From Hemiscyllium ocellatum (lineage: Eukaryota): DNA of 64,000 bases. The position numbers and the translations under genes are program-made. This document shows positions 24,220 through 37,027 of this stretch, piece by piece. Below the pieces are notes generated by a model. That model saw only the letters and a list, made by a program, of their open reading frames with translations, did not search any database and was not told the origin of the DNA. How positions within the stretch are numbered: the stretch's first letter is position 1; each line of letters begins with the position of its first letter. The DNA is taken from the NCBI RefSeq assembly GCF_020745735.1, contig NC_083442.1:33886072-33950071 (forward strand). The letters run 5' to 3'.

Positions 24220-24482
24220 ACATCCCTGTGCCCGAGGGGGTGTCCCCTGTGTCTGAGGAGCTGCCTCCTGTACCCTGGCGTGCTCCCTGTGTCTGAATAG
24301 GTGTCCCTGTACCCTGGGGTGTCCCAATACCCTGGGTGTCCCTGTGCCTGAAAGGGTACCCCTGTACCCTAGGCATCCCTGTGACCCAAAGGGCATCGCT
24401 ATATGCTGGGGTCTCATGTTGGAGGGTTGCCTGTGCCTGGAGGGGCAACCAGTGTCTGGAAGGCTGTCCATGTGCCTGAGAA
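24220..24482 (+). repeat. Degenerate ~18-20-bp minisatellite (GGGTGTCCCTGTGCCTGA-like)
   Basis: About 12-13 recurrences of tccctgtg/cctgtacc motifs; gives the GT-rich low-complexity ORF on the minus strand. Confidence 0.8.
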
Positions 24483-27157
24483 GTGCCATTTAGGAAGGCT
24501 GTTTTGATTCACCTGGTCTCTTGGCATAGTTCATATCAATTTTGCACATCTGTAGTCTCCCATTCGAAACTAACTATGGTATCTTCTCAGCAACAAAGCA
24601 GTGCAAGTGCTGAAAATCTGAAACAAAAACAAAGTTGCTGGGGAACTCAGCAGGTCTGGCAGATTCTGTGGAGAGAAAGCAGAGCCAACTCTTTCGGTCC
24701 AGAGACTCTCCTTCAGAACTGTGCTGGCGATATTTAACTATGTTAAACTTGTGACTTAAGTTACCTAAATTTTTGGCTTGTTGCTGGCATATGCATTTAA
24801 ATCTGTACTTTGCAGCCAGGGGAGTATGTGCAGTTTCCAGTGTTCTAGCAATATATTCCAACTGCAAGATGTGACGGTTCATCTTTTTGTGACGCATGCA
24901 GTTTTGCAAAATAGCTGTTGCTTCAAATTAATTAGCACTTATTCTGATCTAACATAATCTGATCTCATCTTAAATTATAGCTGTGTCGATCAAGAAAGTT
25001 GTCAGTTGAAGGAATTACAATTTAACCAAAATAGAAGTACAATAAATGTTTTGTTGCTTTGTGGTTAAAAGACTTACTCCAAAGAAGTAGGAGGTGAAAA
25101 AGATGGTGCTGTCACTTTGTAATTTGAGGTGGATGGAATTGGCCTGGAATAATTGCAATTACAGCCTGTGTAGCATATGACTTTATATTTGCACTTGTAT
25201 AATCTGTTTGTAAAGACGTATTTAAGTTTCTTATAGTTTTTTTGACACATTAAAAATGGACTTCTGTAGCATGTTGTCTTTCAAGGATCCACTTTGAATT
25301 TGTGTGCTAAGAGAAATTTTTTTGAAGATTAAAAGCAATATAATTTTTCAAGACTTATGCTAAGACTCATCCAACCATATTTTAGAATGTACTGTAAAAT
25401 CTTTTTCTGAAACCCCTTTGACCATGTAACCCAATGATAAAAAGGCCAAGGATGCTGACCTTCCAACTGAAGGTAGTGTCTGAAGAGAGGATTTTCAGTG
25501 CACCAAGATATCTCAGTGCATATTACTGGTGTCAAACATAATGTGACACTAGCCACATAAGGAGATTATTAAGCCTTTGACATAGATAGGTTTTAAGGAG
25601 TTGTTTCCATTAGTCATTTAGATGACAAGGACAAATATTTAGTACTTGCAAAAAAAAATCAAAAGTTTTTTTTACAGAAAGATCTTCGGGCAGGTTGGCA
25701 AATATGTAGTCTTCTCTGCTATAAGTAATTGCCAAGTTTTATTGAAGTAGAATTAAGATGGAAAATGAGAATAGCAAATTATATGACAGGTTAGCAGAAA
25801 ATAAATCTTGCGGTGGCAACTTTGGAGATGAACATGCAGCTATGATGTTCTAGCTGCTATAATCTATGTTTCAAAGTTATCCTAAGCAGACATTGTTGAA
25901 TATTGTAAGTCTCTCACCTTGTACAAATTGAGTTACTCTCTTTGAGACTAATTATGTCAAAGAAAATGTAACGAATATGCCCCTGTTTAAACTTTGAGTA
26001 GGTGCATGTCTTGGTCTGTGTACCAAATATACTGTAATGCTTAATGTTGTATTGCCATTTAGAATGCATTTATGGTGTTGCTGTTATTCCCAGGGTTTGT
26101 CAGAAAAGTCATGAGGAAGTAAGGTCTTAAAGTCATGTATTTTGTTAATTTGGATTACTGCTTTTTATATTGATGGTGTGGGTCCTGGGAAAATTGTGCT
26201 TAAGGAAGGATTGACAACTCTTAATTCCACCCCCCCCCCCCCCTGCAAATTTAGAGTTCTAACCTTTTTAAGATGAATTAGTATATTCTTCATGACTATC
26301 AGATTTATTGGTGGATTGCCAGGAAGAGGAAACTTTTTTTCACTGATTAGAAGATCACTGTTGGATGAGGAAAGGTTGGACAGGCTGGGCTTGAATTTGG
26401 AGGAGTTTAGAAGAGTAAGAAGTAACTATGGAAACTACATGAGATCCTGATGAATCTTGATTGAAGATGTGGAGAGGGTATTTCCTTTTCTGAGAGAATG
26501 CAGAATTAGGGATCACTGTTTAAAATCATGGGTCGCCTATTTAGAACATAAGATTTAAAAATAATTGAGCAGTGAGTCTTTGGAAAAGTGGAGGAAGCAG
26601 AATCCTTGAATATTTTTAAGGTTGGGGTAGATGATTTTCAACAAGGTGGTCAGAGATTATTAAGAGCATTTAGATTTGTGGTTTTGAATTTAAAATCACT
26701 TCAGCCATGATCAACTTCAATGGTGTAGCGGCCAAGGGTCTGAATTCTTGTTTCTTATTTGCATATTTGCATGGATGTTAGTTCCTGGAAATCAAGCCCT
26801 GGATATTCCCAAGTCATTACAAAAATTTTTTAAAATATTAAAATGTGCAAAGTCTACAATTTACCTGTCTGAAAGCTTTGGGTTGACCTAGTTTCTGTAA
26901 TTAACAAAACTGATGTTTATGGTACATAAATAGATTTTAACCATAGGTAAATGACTATGAGTGTTTGACATATAACCCGACGAGTTAAAAGTCCCCTAAC
27001 GCGTGCGCACACTGGAAAAGAAAAGCTATTATGGATGAAGGAGAAATAAACATTCAATGACACATCTAACGCAGGCACAGAATCTCAAAATCCACAGTTG
27101 AATTTAATCGGAGACCATGTATGTCACAACCTGAAAATGTTCTAACAACAATTCCAA

Positions 27158-27974
27158 TGTTGTGGTTCTGTTCGCCGAGCTGGGAATTGTGTTGCAGACG
27201 TTTCGTCCCCTGTCTAGGTGACATCCTCAGTGCTTGGGAGCCTCCTGTGAAGCACTTCTGTGATGTTTCCTCCGGCATTTGTAGTGGTTTGAATCTGCCG
27301 CTTCCGGTTGTCAGTTCCGGCTGTCCGTTGCAGTGGTCGGTATATTGGGTCCAGGTCGATGTGCTTATTGACTGAAACTGTGGATGAGTGCCATGCCTCT
27401 AGGAATTCCCTGTTGTTCTCTCGCTGTTCTCTGTTTGGCTTGTCCTATAATAGTAGTGTTGCCCCAGTCGAATATGTAGTGTATAAAATCCCATGCAAGG
27501 ACTGCACAAAACACTACATATGACAAACAGGAAGACAGCTAAAGATCCGCATCCATGAACACCAACTAGCCATGAAACGACATGACCAGCTATCCTTAGT
27601 AGCCACACATGCAGATGACAAGCAACATGAATTTGACTGGGACAACACTACTATTATAGGACAAGCCAAACAGAGAACAGCCAGGGAATTCCTAGAGGCA
27701 TGGCACTCATCCATAGATTCAATCAATAAGTACATCGACCTGGACCCAATATACTGACCACTGCAACGGACAGCTGGAACTGACAACCGGAAGCGGCAGA
27801 TTCAAACCACTACAAATGCCGGAGGAAAGATCACAGAAGCGCTTCACAGGAGGCTCCCAAGCACTGAGGATGTCACCTAGACAGGGGACGAAACGTCTGC
27901 AACACAAATTCCCAGCTCGGCGAACAGAACCGCAACAACGAGCACCCGAGCTACAAATCTTCTCCCAAGCTTTG
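27158..27974. mobile_element. Penelope-like (Poseidon-type) 3' fragment (+, ~27474-27974) with inverted terminal copy (-, ~27158-27473) and 15-bp TSD
   Basis: VVYKIPCKDCTKHYI / HEFDWDNTTIIGQAKQRTAREFLEAWHS on the plus strand. The left arm is the reverse complement of ~27630-27937. TSD AACAATTCCA(A/G)TGTT at 27147-27161 and 27975-27989. Confidence 0.92.
27861..27900 (+). ncRNA. Minimal hammerhead ribozyme motif (matching copy on minus strand at ~27194-27233)
   Basis: GCA-CUGAGGA-U-GUCACC-UAGACA-GGGGAC-GAAAC-GUC-UGC. Confidence 0.8.
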
Positions 27975-30900
27975 AACAATTCCAGTGTTCAGACTAGTGG
28001 ATACTGGATTCTGTTACTTACATTAGACATGTCATTTTTTTTTGATTTCAATTAGAAATGGATGAAAAGGAAAAAAATAAGGGTTGGGGGGGAAAAAAAC
28101 ATTGAATATGTACAACTCATTTCACAAGCTTAGGATTTCTCAGTGTAGCACAATGAAGTACTTTGACATATAGTCACTCCAGTAATGTGGAAAATCAAGT
28201 AGCTATTTGAATATATTAAGCTTGCATAAACAGAATTCAATAATGATCAGATCTGTTTATGTCATGTTGACTTGAAACATTAGTATTGAACAGGACACGC
28301 TGGTATAGAATCTCAAAATTCACAGTTGAACTACTTTAATTGGAGACCATGTATGTCACAACATGAAAATGTTCACATGACAGTTCCAATGTTCAGTGGA
28401 TACTGTGATTCTGGTACTTGAGAACTCCTGTACTCTTCTAAATAGTGCTTACTATGCTGAAAATACATGGAGTGAGAATTTGCCATCAAGATTACCTGGA
28501 AAATTCAGTCATGGGGATGACCAATTAGAAAAATTTTGCCCCTGTAAGTGGGATTGACAGAATTAATGAGGAGCTATTCCTCCAATCATAGACATTATTC
28601 TCTTACATTTATTGCTGGTAGCAAATGTGGATTAGGTGTAATTCGAGCAACAATGAACAGTGTGGAGGGTGATTAGTGGCATTGAGCAAGGCTGCTGGTC
28701 GAGGAAATGTTGGAGTGGTGAGCTGCTACATGAAGGTAAGGGCCCTGGAGCCATTGGGGTAGAGGTGGTAAGATTTGGGGAGGGAGCAATGCTATTGGCA
28801 AGGGTTGCTGCAAAGGCAAATCTAAACCTGTCAACAAAGAAAAATCCGCCTGACTAGAAACCAAGAGAACTTGAAGTAACTGAGATAAATACATTGCATG
28901 TGAACAAGGAGTCTCTTAAAGTTAAAAAGTTCAGAAGCTACAATATGGGGAAAATTTCATGAATGTTATTGTAATGAATACTGCATCAGTTAATAATACA
29001 TCATGATTTTGCATTTGTCAGATCTTAAAGCGTTTCATATATTGTGAACTACTTGTAATGCATCCATTGTGTTTCAAAGACAAACCTATAACCATTTTAT
29101 ATATACTAAGACCCAAGCAGTAACTATATTTATTTTTATGGTACCTTTTATAACCTTGGCTCAATCTAAAGTGCTTTGCAGTCATTAAAATCCTGTGGAA
29201 GTGTAGTTGCTATTGTAAGGAAGGAAATTGTAATTGGGTAAATGTGCAAGTAATTTAGGTGACCCCCGGACTGGAGGGCTTAATCCAAAAAAAGCTCTTT
29301 CACGAATAAAATTAGGCAATATTTCTACGTAGGATAGTTGAATTTTAGCAATTTCTATAGTATACTAGATCAATATCAAAGCTAGACCAGTTGTTAAATT
29401 TAAATCTGACTGGGATTGAGATGCAGTCATCAGATGCAAATGACCTCACCAGTCTGTGGAATGCATGTTTTGAGTGACGGGTGTCAAATCGTCCGTTTAC
29501 TTTTTAGATATTTTCTAATTGGCCTGTTGAGAAATGTTTTTCATTATACACCTGTGGCGCAGGTTGGACTTGAACTTGGGTATCCTGGCTCAGAAGTAGG
29601 AATGCTTTCACTATACCACAAGAGCTCCCACGTTTTGCTGCTACTTATGCCAGTTGTTGTGTCCAAACATAAATATTGTGGTGGGTCAAAAATAAATTCT
29701 TTCTTTGTGTGTTGTGGATTTAAGTTTCCTGAATTTTAATTCTTTGGTGTGACTGCATGTTCCAGAAATAGAGGTAATGTGTACTACATAACCTAATGAA
29801 GGAGTTATTGAGCATGAAAAAGGCTTTCTGAAAGCTTAAAAGCTACTTAGAAAATCAGAAAGTAAGCCTTGAAAAAGTATCAAGAGCAGCCTTGGCGATG
29901 GTGACACAATTATTTTCACCCCTGGTACTGTAGGACATCTTGCATGCGTGTGAAATGGCACCATCAGTTTCATCAGAAAAAATAGTAGCTCTGACTATCG
30001 TTGCTCTTTCAGTATTGCATCCCAGCCTTGGTTTTGAACTGAAATCCTAGAATGGAGCTTGAAACCGTAACTTCTGATGTAGAGGTAGGAGTACAGCCAC
30101 CTGAACAACAGGTGATAAGTGGGTGCTATACGTTGTTGAGAAGAACATTGTGAAAACTTAATTATGCTAAATATTCATTCAATATTATTTCTGTATTGCT
30201 GTAACAGTATAAACTATTCTTTCCATTTACTAAATACTGTAATCCTTTATTAGCCCTTTGGAAAATGGCTTCTATCATGCTCAGAATGGGGAGATTTGGT
30301 CAAGGTATCTGGACTTTCCCAGTCCAATATTATGAAAAGTATTTGTACAGCATAATGTATGGTATTTTGATTTTTTTTTTCCTACATTATACTTATGCTG
30401 TCAATCTTTCATAGAGTTGTTAGCCCAAAAGTGAGTTTGAGATTACTTTTAGAATTTGAAGTTCTAACTCATCATTTTGCTTTTGTTGCATTAAACTGAC
30501 TTACTCACAAGCAACTTTGACTGTGTTTATTTGAATGAGAGAGAAACATCCAGCAGGTTGCGTACCTCCAAATGTTGGTTGTGGCTGGAAAGAAAATTTT
30601 GAGTTCTTGGGCGTCCCAATAAATTGTAGATAATTACAAGTAAATCATTAGTGCTAGGCACGATTTGAGCTGATGAATTGGAAGTAGCTGGAAGAATTCT
30701 GGTACAACTGCAAATATTTTGGCTGGCGTATACATTTTCCTGCGTATTTTCAGTGTAGTAAATAATCCTAAAGAATATTGTATATGGTGTTCTCATAGTT
30801 TAGAACTCATTTGTCTTCAGGTTATATTAAATAGTTGGATTTTCTCATTGGGTAGTTAATGTTTATGTTGTGATTTAATGATAGATGGTATTTTGTGTGC

Positions 30901-31715
30901 AATTTTAAGTCTGAATTCTTTTTGCTCAGTGTTGGAGCAAATATTTGGTTTCCACTGTTTTGTTCCTTCCATATACTCTTTAGGTACATAGAGGTAGGTA
31001 AGCACTGAAGTGAAACAAAGGTTTACAATGATGGTGTTGGAACTAAGAACATATTTATCAGGAAAATCAGAACAGGCTCAGCAGGTTCTTCTTATGAAAG
31101 AGAAGACTAAGGTGACTTGGTAAGACCTTCTGGAGGCTAGACTTATTGAGAGTCCACATCTATAGGATGTACGTATGAAAAAAAGGTTATTAACAAATCC
31201 AATATGAAGTTGAGGTGCAGAAAATCTTCATGAAGAGAACATTAAGAATACAGAAATTGTAACCAACTGGATTGGTCAAATGCAAATAGAGTAGGTGCAA
31301 TGAATGTGAAGCTAGATATGTAATGAGGAAGAAAAGAGCAGAAGAATATATTGATAGGATAAGATAAAATAAAAATAATAGGGCCTGCCTGTTAAGCATA
31401 AACACTAACATAGTTGACCAGTTAAAATAGGTGACTTATTCCTTGAAGGTAAATTTTTATCTGCGTACTGTACTCTGTTTTAAAGCTTTTTTTTTGGTGT
31501 CCTGTTGTCTTTTATTTTCAGTGTTTTAGTTTTCATGTTGCAGTATTATTTTTTGTGCTAATTAAATATTTTTTGAAGTGAGCAAAGCGAGTTTGAACTG
31601 TAGTTGTTTGTTGCAGGTCCTTTGGAGTCTAGAACAGTGTTTTTGTGGTCATTTGATAGTACACCCATCTCTTAAGTCATACGGATGTGGGTTGAAGTTC
31701 CATTGTGAATATTTG

Positions 31716-32042
31716 AGCAGCATGGTAGCTCAGTGTTGAGCACTACTACCTCACGGTTCCAGGGACCCGGGTTTGATTCCAGTCTTGACCGACTGTCAAT
31801 GTGGAGTTTGCACATTCTCCCCATGTCTGCATGGGTTTCCTCCCACACCCGAGAGATGTGCAGATTAGGTGGATTGGCAATGGTGAATTGTGCATAGTGT
31901 CCAGAGATGTGCAGACTAAGTGGGCTGGCCATTGTAAATTCAGAGTTATGGGGATAAGGTGGGCTATGGGTAGGATGCTCTTCAGATAATTGTTGCAGAC
32001 TTGATGGACTGAATGGCTTCTTTCTGCACTGTAGAGATTCTG
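31716..32042 (+). mobile_element. Older HE1-like SINE
   Basis: A/B boxes and central domain recognisable. Confidence 0.8.
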
Positions 32043-32249
32043 TGACTGAAATATAAAAGTATGAGTGCAGTGAATGTGAAAAATCCCAAGGCAGCATTTT
32101 GAAGAACAGTGAGTGTATTCTTTGTTGTCCTGGATGATATTTTCCCTCAACCGATGTCTATGAATTATAAAAAGCAAGCATCTAAGTTTCATGGGCAATA
32201 GAGAAGGCAAATGGGATGTTGGCTTTGATTTCAAAGTGAATGGTATCGA

Positions 32250-32349
32250 TATTCCTGATGAAGGCTTTTTGCCCAAAACATCAATTTTCCTGCTGCTTGG
32301 ATGCTGCCTGACAATGTTGTGCTTTTCCAGCACCACTCTAATCTTGACT
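32250..32349 (+). mobile_element. PLE terminus fragment (degenerate hammerhead) nested in a CR1 remnant
   Basis: ATTCCTGATGAAGGCTTTTTGCCCAAAACATC followed by the same tail as 41585-41670. Similar short PLE-terminus relics at ~14727-14860, 16350-16490, 22391-22474, 24590-24720, 57970-58025. Confidence 0.75.
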
Positions 32350-34481
32350 ATAGTTAGCTAGAGTTATAGAAGATGTTAATTGGACCACACCTGGAATATG
32401 TTAACAGTTTTGTGCCCCTTTTCTAAGGCAAAATACACTGCCATTGAAAGCAGTCCAGTGAAGGTTCATTAGTCTGATACTAGATATGGAGGGACTGTCT
32501 TACAAGGAGAGGTTGAATGGGCTGTATGTATTGGAATATAGAGAATGTGTGGGGTGGGGGAAAAGGACCTTACTGAAACTTGCAAGATCTTTAGTGAACT
32601 TGACAGACTAGATAGGGAAAGATTGTTTCCTCTTGTGGGGAAGTCTAGAACCAGAGGGCATGATCTCAATAAGGGATCGCACATTTATGATAGGGGTGAG
32701 GAGGATTCAATTATATTCAGGGCTGAGGTGGACAGATTTTTAATCAAGAAAGGAATCAAGGGTTATGCAGAAAAGACAGGAAAGTGGATTTGAGGATTAT
32801 CAGAATAGCAATGACCTCATTGAATGGAGTAGACCTGGAGGGCTGAATGGCCTACTTCTGTTTTTACATCCTATAGTCTTATTTTTAAAAAATGATTGAT
32901 TTGGTGATTATTATACCTTTTATGGTAGTTAGCAGTCTGCAAATTTGGTCCTGGTTTTCAACATTAAAACAGTAACCAAACCTCAAAAAGTACTTCATTG
33001 ATTGCAAAGTACTTTAGGGCATCCTGAGGCTGTAATATGCAGCATACTCCTTTCTTGCTCATATAGTTGACACTGTTAATCTGTTTTCCAGATACACACA
33101 GCCTTCCCAACTTTTGTTGTTGAAAGTTAGTGATCACTTGAATTGTAAGAAAAGGATCTTGAAAAAAATGCATGGTAGCATATGAGTTTTAAATTGTTTC
33201 CTTTATGAAACACAAGAGCAACCTGCTGAGGTAGAGAATTGAGTGTTGATCTATGATTCTGTTTCCAGATGAGTTTTTGATTAAAAATTCTAAATAAGTT
33301 CCTTTAACATTGCTTCTGTGGAGAAGGCGTTACTTTTCAGCATCTGTGCAGCATTTTTCTCCTCTCCTAAAATTTTGTTTGTATTTATAGTTTTCTTTCA
33401 GTTTGCGCTCTCTCCTGTCTGGAATGCTTTGACTCTTGTCATGGTACAGATCCATTGATTAAATTGGACCCATTAGCAACCCACAGCAAGCATTATTCTC
33501 TGGGTCTGGACATTGAATGTTGACCATTTATTTCACTACGGATTGAATGGAACTCTGCTGGCACATGAGCATTCTTGTTTCAGTATTGTGGCGTTAAGTA
33601 TAGCCCTGAAAGATGCCTGCTGTTTACTGGCTCCATCACTGAATGCTAAAAAATGACAGGTTGTTGAATATCCGACTTTAGGAAAGAAACTAAAGCAATG
33701 TCATTATATGTTCTTGATGAATAATATGCCAAATTTGTGACCACAGAAAAGATGTTTTTGCCTAAACGCTTTATGCAGTGTTTTTGTTTCCAAATATTTA
33801 AAATGGCCATTTTCCAAAAAAATGTTATCGTAGGTTAGCTATTTTTATTGCAAATCTATTTTGGTATTTGTTCCTTAGCCCTTAAATATGGAGTAATCTA
33901 AAACTTATGAATTTCTTTTGTTCACGGGATATGGAGCCTATGTTTTGCTCGTTCTGAGTTGCCCTGAAGAAGCTTGTGGTGAGCTGCTAACTTGAATTGC
34001 TGCGGTCCATGAGGTGACCATATTGAAGGTCATTGATGAAGCAGCTGAAATGATTGTGCTGAGGACACAACCTTGTGTGACTCCTGCAGTGACACTCTTG
34101 TCCTGAGATTATTGACCTTCAACTACAGCCATCTTCCTTTGTGCTAGGTATAACTGCAATAAGTAAAGATCTTTCCCTTTCATTCCCATTGATTTCAGTT
34201 TTGTCAGGGCTCCTTGATGATATACTTGGTTCAAATGCTATCTTGATTTCAAAGGCAGTCACAATCACCAAGCACCTTTCAGAGATGTATTGAATCCGTA
34301 ATTTATTGGTTAGGTGGCAGTTACAACAGCCTGGTTAATTGATTCAGTGCAGAATTGCACTATTATATTGAGGGAATATTCTTTCTTTTTTTTCTCAGCA
34401 ATTTTCTAATTTTTGCCCTGCACCTATTAACACTGGTGGGTTCGAGCAGACACCAGCAGTCTTCTGTACATTGATATCATT

Positions 34482-34852
34482 GGATGACTAATTCAGAGGC
34501 TGAAGCTAATGCATTCAGAACATGGGTTCAAATTCCACCATGGCAGCTGTTGGAATTTAAAATTCATTAATAAATCTAAAATTGAAAGCTGATCTCCATA
34601 ATGGTGACTATGAAACTAAAATTCGATTATTGTAAAATAAAGGCCCAGCTGGTTTACTCATGTCCAATAGGAAAATAATTCTGCTGCCTTACCTGTTCAG
34701 ACTAATACATGTGATTCTAGACCCACAACAATGTGTTTGACTTATAATTGCTGTCTGAAATGGCCTAGCAAGTTGTGCAGTTGAGAGGCAATTAGTCTGG
34801 GCAAGAAATGTTGACCTTGCTGAACATGCCAATATTCCATGATAGAATGAAG
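34482..34852 (+). mobile_element. Second tRNA-derived SINE family, sharing its 3' tail with the YKAQVRSVMEY LINE
   Basis: B box GGTTCAAATTCC; tail GGGCAAGAAATGTTGACC...CCATGA. Related copies at 8165-9130 (split by the PLE), 12520-12870(-), 57760-58070(-). Confidence 0.65.
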
Positions 34853-35607
34853 AATTTCAGAAGCCATGTCAGAAAGGTAAAGTGACCAACTGTTTAGCTG
34901 TCAGGGCATCCCCAATCCAATTTATATGCTTTCCATTGAGGATTACTGGTCACTGATCTTGGTAGGAATTTCTAATCACATTTCCATTTATTGTACAGGC
35001 AAATTTTGGTATCTCTGTCTTTGATCAATTGACTCAGACTGGGGATGGATTCTCGGCATTGTATTGTCTGTGAAGCAGTACAATATTGGATAGTGCACAA
35101 TTAAACTGAGTGAGGAAGAAAATTTTTGAGTACCAGGATCTCAAACCCAAGACTGAGGATATGACTTAGCAGGCAGCAGGGATCCCTGTCCTCAATATTA
35201 TTTGGAAACTTAAACAACCTATTGCAGCTATTGGAGACGAACCATACCAATGTTGCCGTCACAAGATCCTCCAAGTTGAGTGGCAAGGAAGATGATACGA
35301 CAGCAACTTCCTGTTCCAAGACAACATGCCCAGCATTGAATAACTAATTGCTCAAATCAGTTCCAGTTAATGTCATTCGTATCCTGATAGCAGACATCTG
35401 TACTCTGCTTTGTCCAAGAGGGTAATTGGAAAACATTAGAAATGATTTCAAGACATTTCTGAAAGGATCCACATTGTGACTGCCATAGCAGTTTTAAGAT
35501 CATACGTTGGCTTTATTAGTTAGCTACAAAACACATCAAATTGGGGTGGAAGCAAGTCATCCTCAATCCTGAGAGGGTAGATCAGAAGAGAAGGTGAAAT
35601 TGACTGC

Positions 35608-37027
35608 TACTGTTTAAAAAGGGTGGCAAGGATATGCCAGGGAACTATAGAACAGTGAGCTTGATGTTGGTGGGCAAGTTGTTGGAGGGAATCCTGAGGG
35701 ACAGGTTGTCCATGTATTTGGAAAGGCAAGGACTGATTAGGGATAGTCAACATGGCTTTATGCATGGGAAATCATGTCTCACAAACTTGATTGAGTTTTT
35801 TGAAGAAGTAACAAAGAGGATTGATGAGGGCAGAGCAGTGGACGTGATCCATATGGACTTCAGTAGGGCTTTCAATGAGGTTCCCCCTGGGAGACTGGTT
35901 AGTAATGTTAGATCCCTTGGAATACAGGGAGAACTAGCCATTGGATACAGAACTGGCTCAAAGGTAGAAGATAGAGGTGGTGGTGGAGGATTGTTTTTCA
36001 GACTGGAGGTCTATGACCAGTGGAGTCCGACAAGGATCGGTGCTGGGTCCACTGCTTTTCGTCATTTACATAGATGATTTGGATGTGAACATAAGAGGTA
36101 TAGTTAGTAAGTTTGCAGATGACTCCAAAATTGGAGGTGGAGTGGACCGTGAAGAAGGTTACCTCTGGTTACAATGGCATCTTGACCAGATAGGTCAGTG
36201 GGCTGAGAAGTAGATGGAGTTCATTTTAGATAAATGCGAGGTGCTGCATTTTGGGAAAGCAAACCTTAGCAGGACGTATACACTTAATAGTAAGGTCTGA
36301 GGGAGTGTTGCTGAACAAAGAGACCTTGGAGTGCAGGTTCATAGCTCCTTGAAAGTGGAGTTGCAGGTAGATAGGATAGTGAAGGAGGAGCTTGGTATGC
36401 TTTCCTTTATTGGTCAGAGTATTGAGTACAAGAGTTGGGAGGTCATGTTGCAACTGTACAGGACATTGGTTAGGCCACTTTTGGAATATTGTATGCAATT
36501 CTGGTCTCCTTCCTATTGGAAGGATATTGTGAAATTTGAAAGGGGTCAGAAAAGATTTACAAGCGTGTTGCTAGGGTTGGAGGATTTGAGTACTAGGGAG
36601 AGGTTGAATAGGCTAGGGCTGTTTTCCCTGGAGCATTGGAGGCTGAAACGTGACCTTATAGAGGTTTTAAAAATCACAAAGGCATGGATAGGATTAATAG
36701 GCAAGGTCTTTTCCCTGGAGTGGGGGAGTCCAGAACTAGAGGGCATATGTTAGGGTGAGAGGGGAAAGATATAAGAGAGACCTAAGGGTCAATCTTTTCA
36801 CTCGGAGGGTGGTACATGTATGGAATGAACTGCCAGACGAAATGGTGGAGGCTTGTATGATTGCAACATTTAAAAGGTATCTGGATGGGTATATGTATAG
36901 GAAGGGTTTGGAGGGATTTGGGTCTGGTGCTGGCAGGTGGGACTAGACTGGGTTGGAATATCTGGTCGGCACGGATGAGTTGGACCGAAGGATCTATTTC
37001 TATGCTGTACATCTCTGACTCTGTGAC
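35608..37027 (+). mobile_element. CR1 LINE RT + 3' end, frameshifted
   Basis: PGNYR, SQHGF, SCLTNL, DFSRAF, SVLGP, KFADD, LVRPLLEYC. Confidence 0.92.

Larger units (their letters stand above)
23320..24230. promoter_or_regulatory. CpG island / probable bidirectional promoter
   Basis: Very GC- and CpG-rich against a CpG-depleted background. NRF1 palindrome GCGCATGCGC at 23701-23710, tandem GC boxes CTCCGCCCCGCCCC at 23636-23649, alternating (GC)n at 23619-23629, outward-facing splice donors on both strands. Confidence 0.88.

Noticed and set aside
23504-24448. 314-aa minus-strand ORF and overlapping ORFs
   Set aside because: Stop-poor GC-rich island plus minisatellite; low-complexity translation with no domain.
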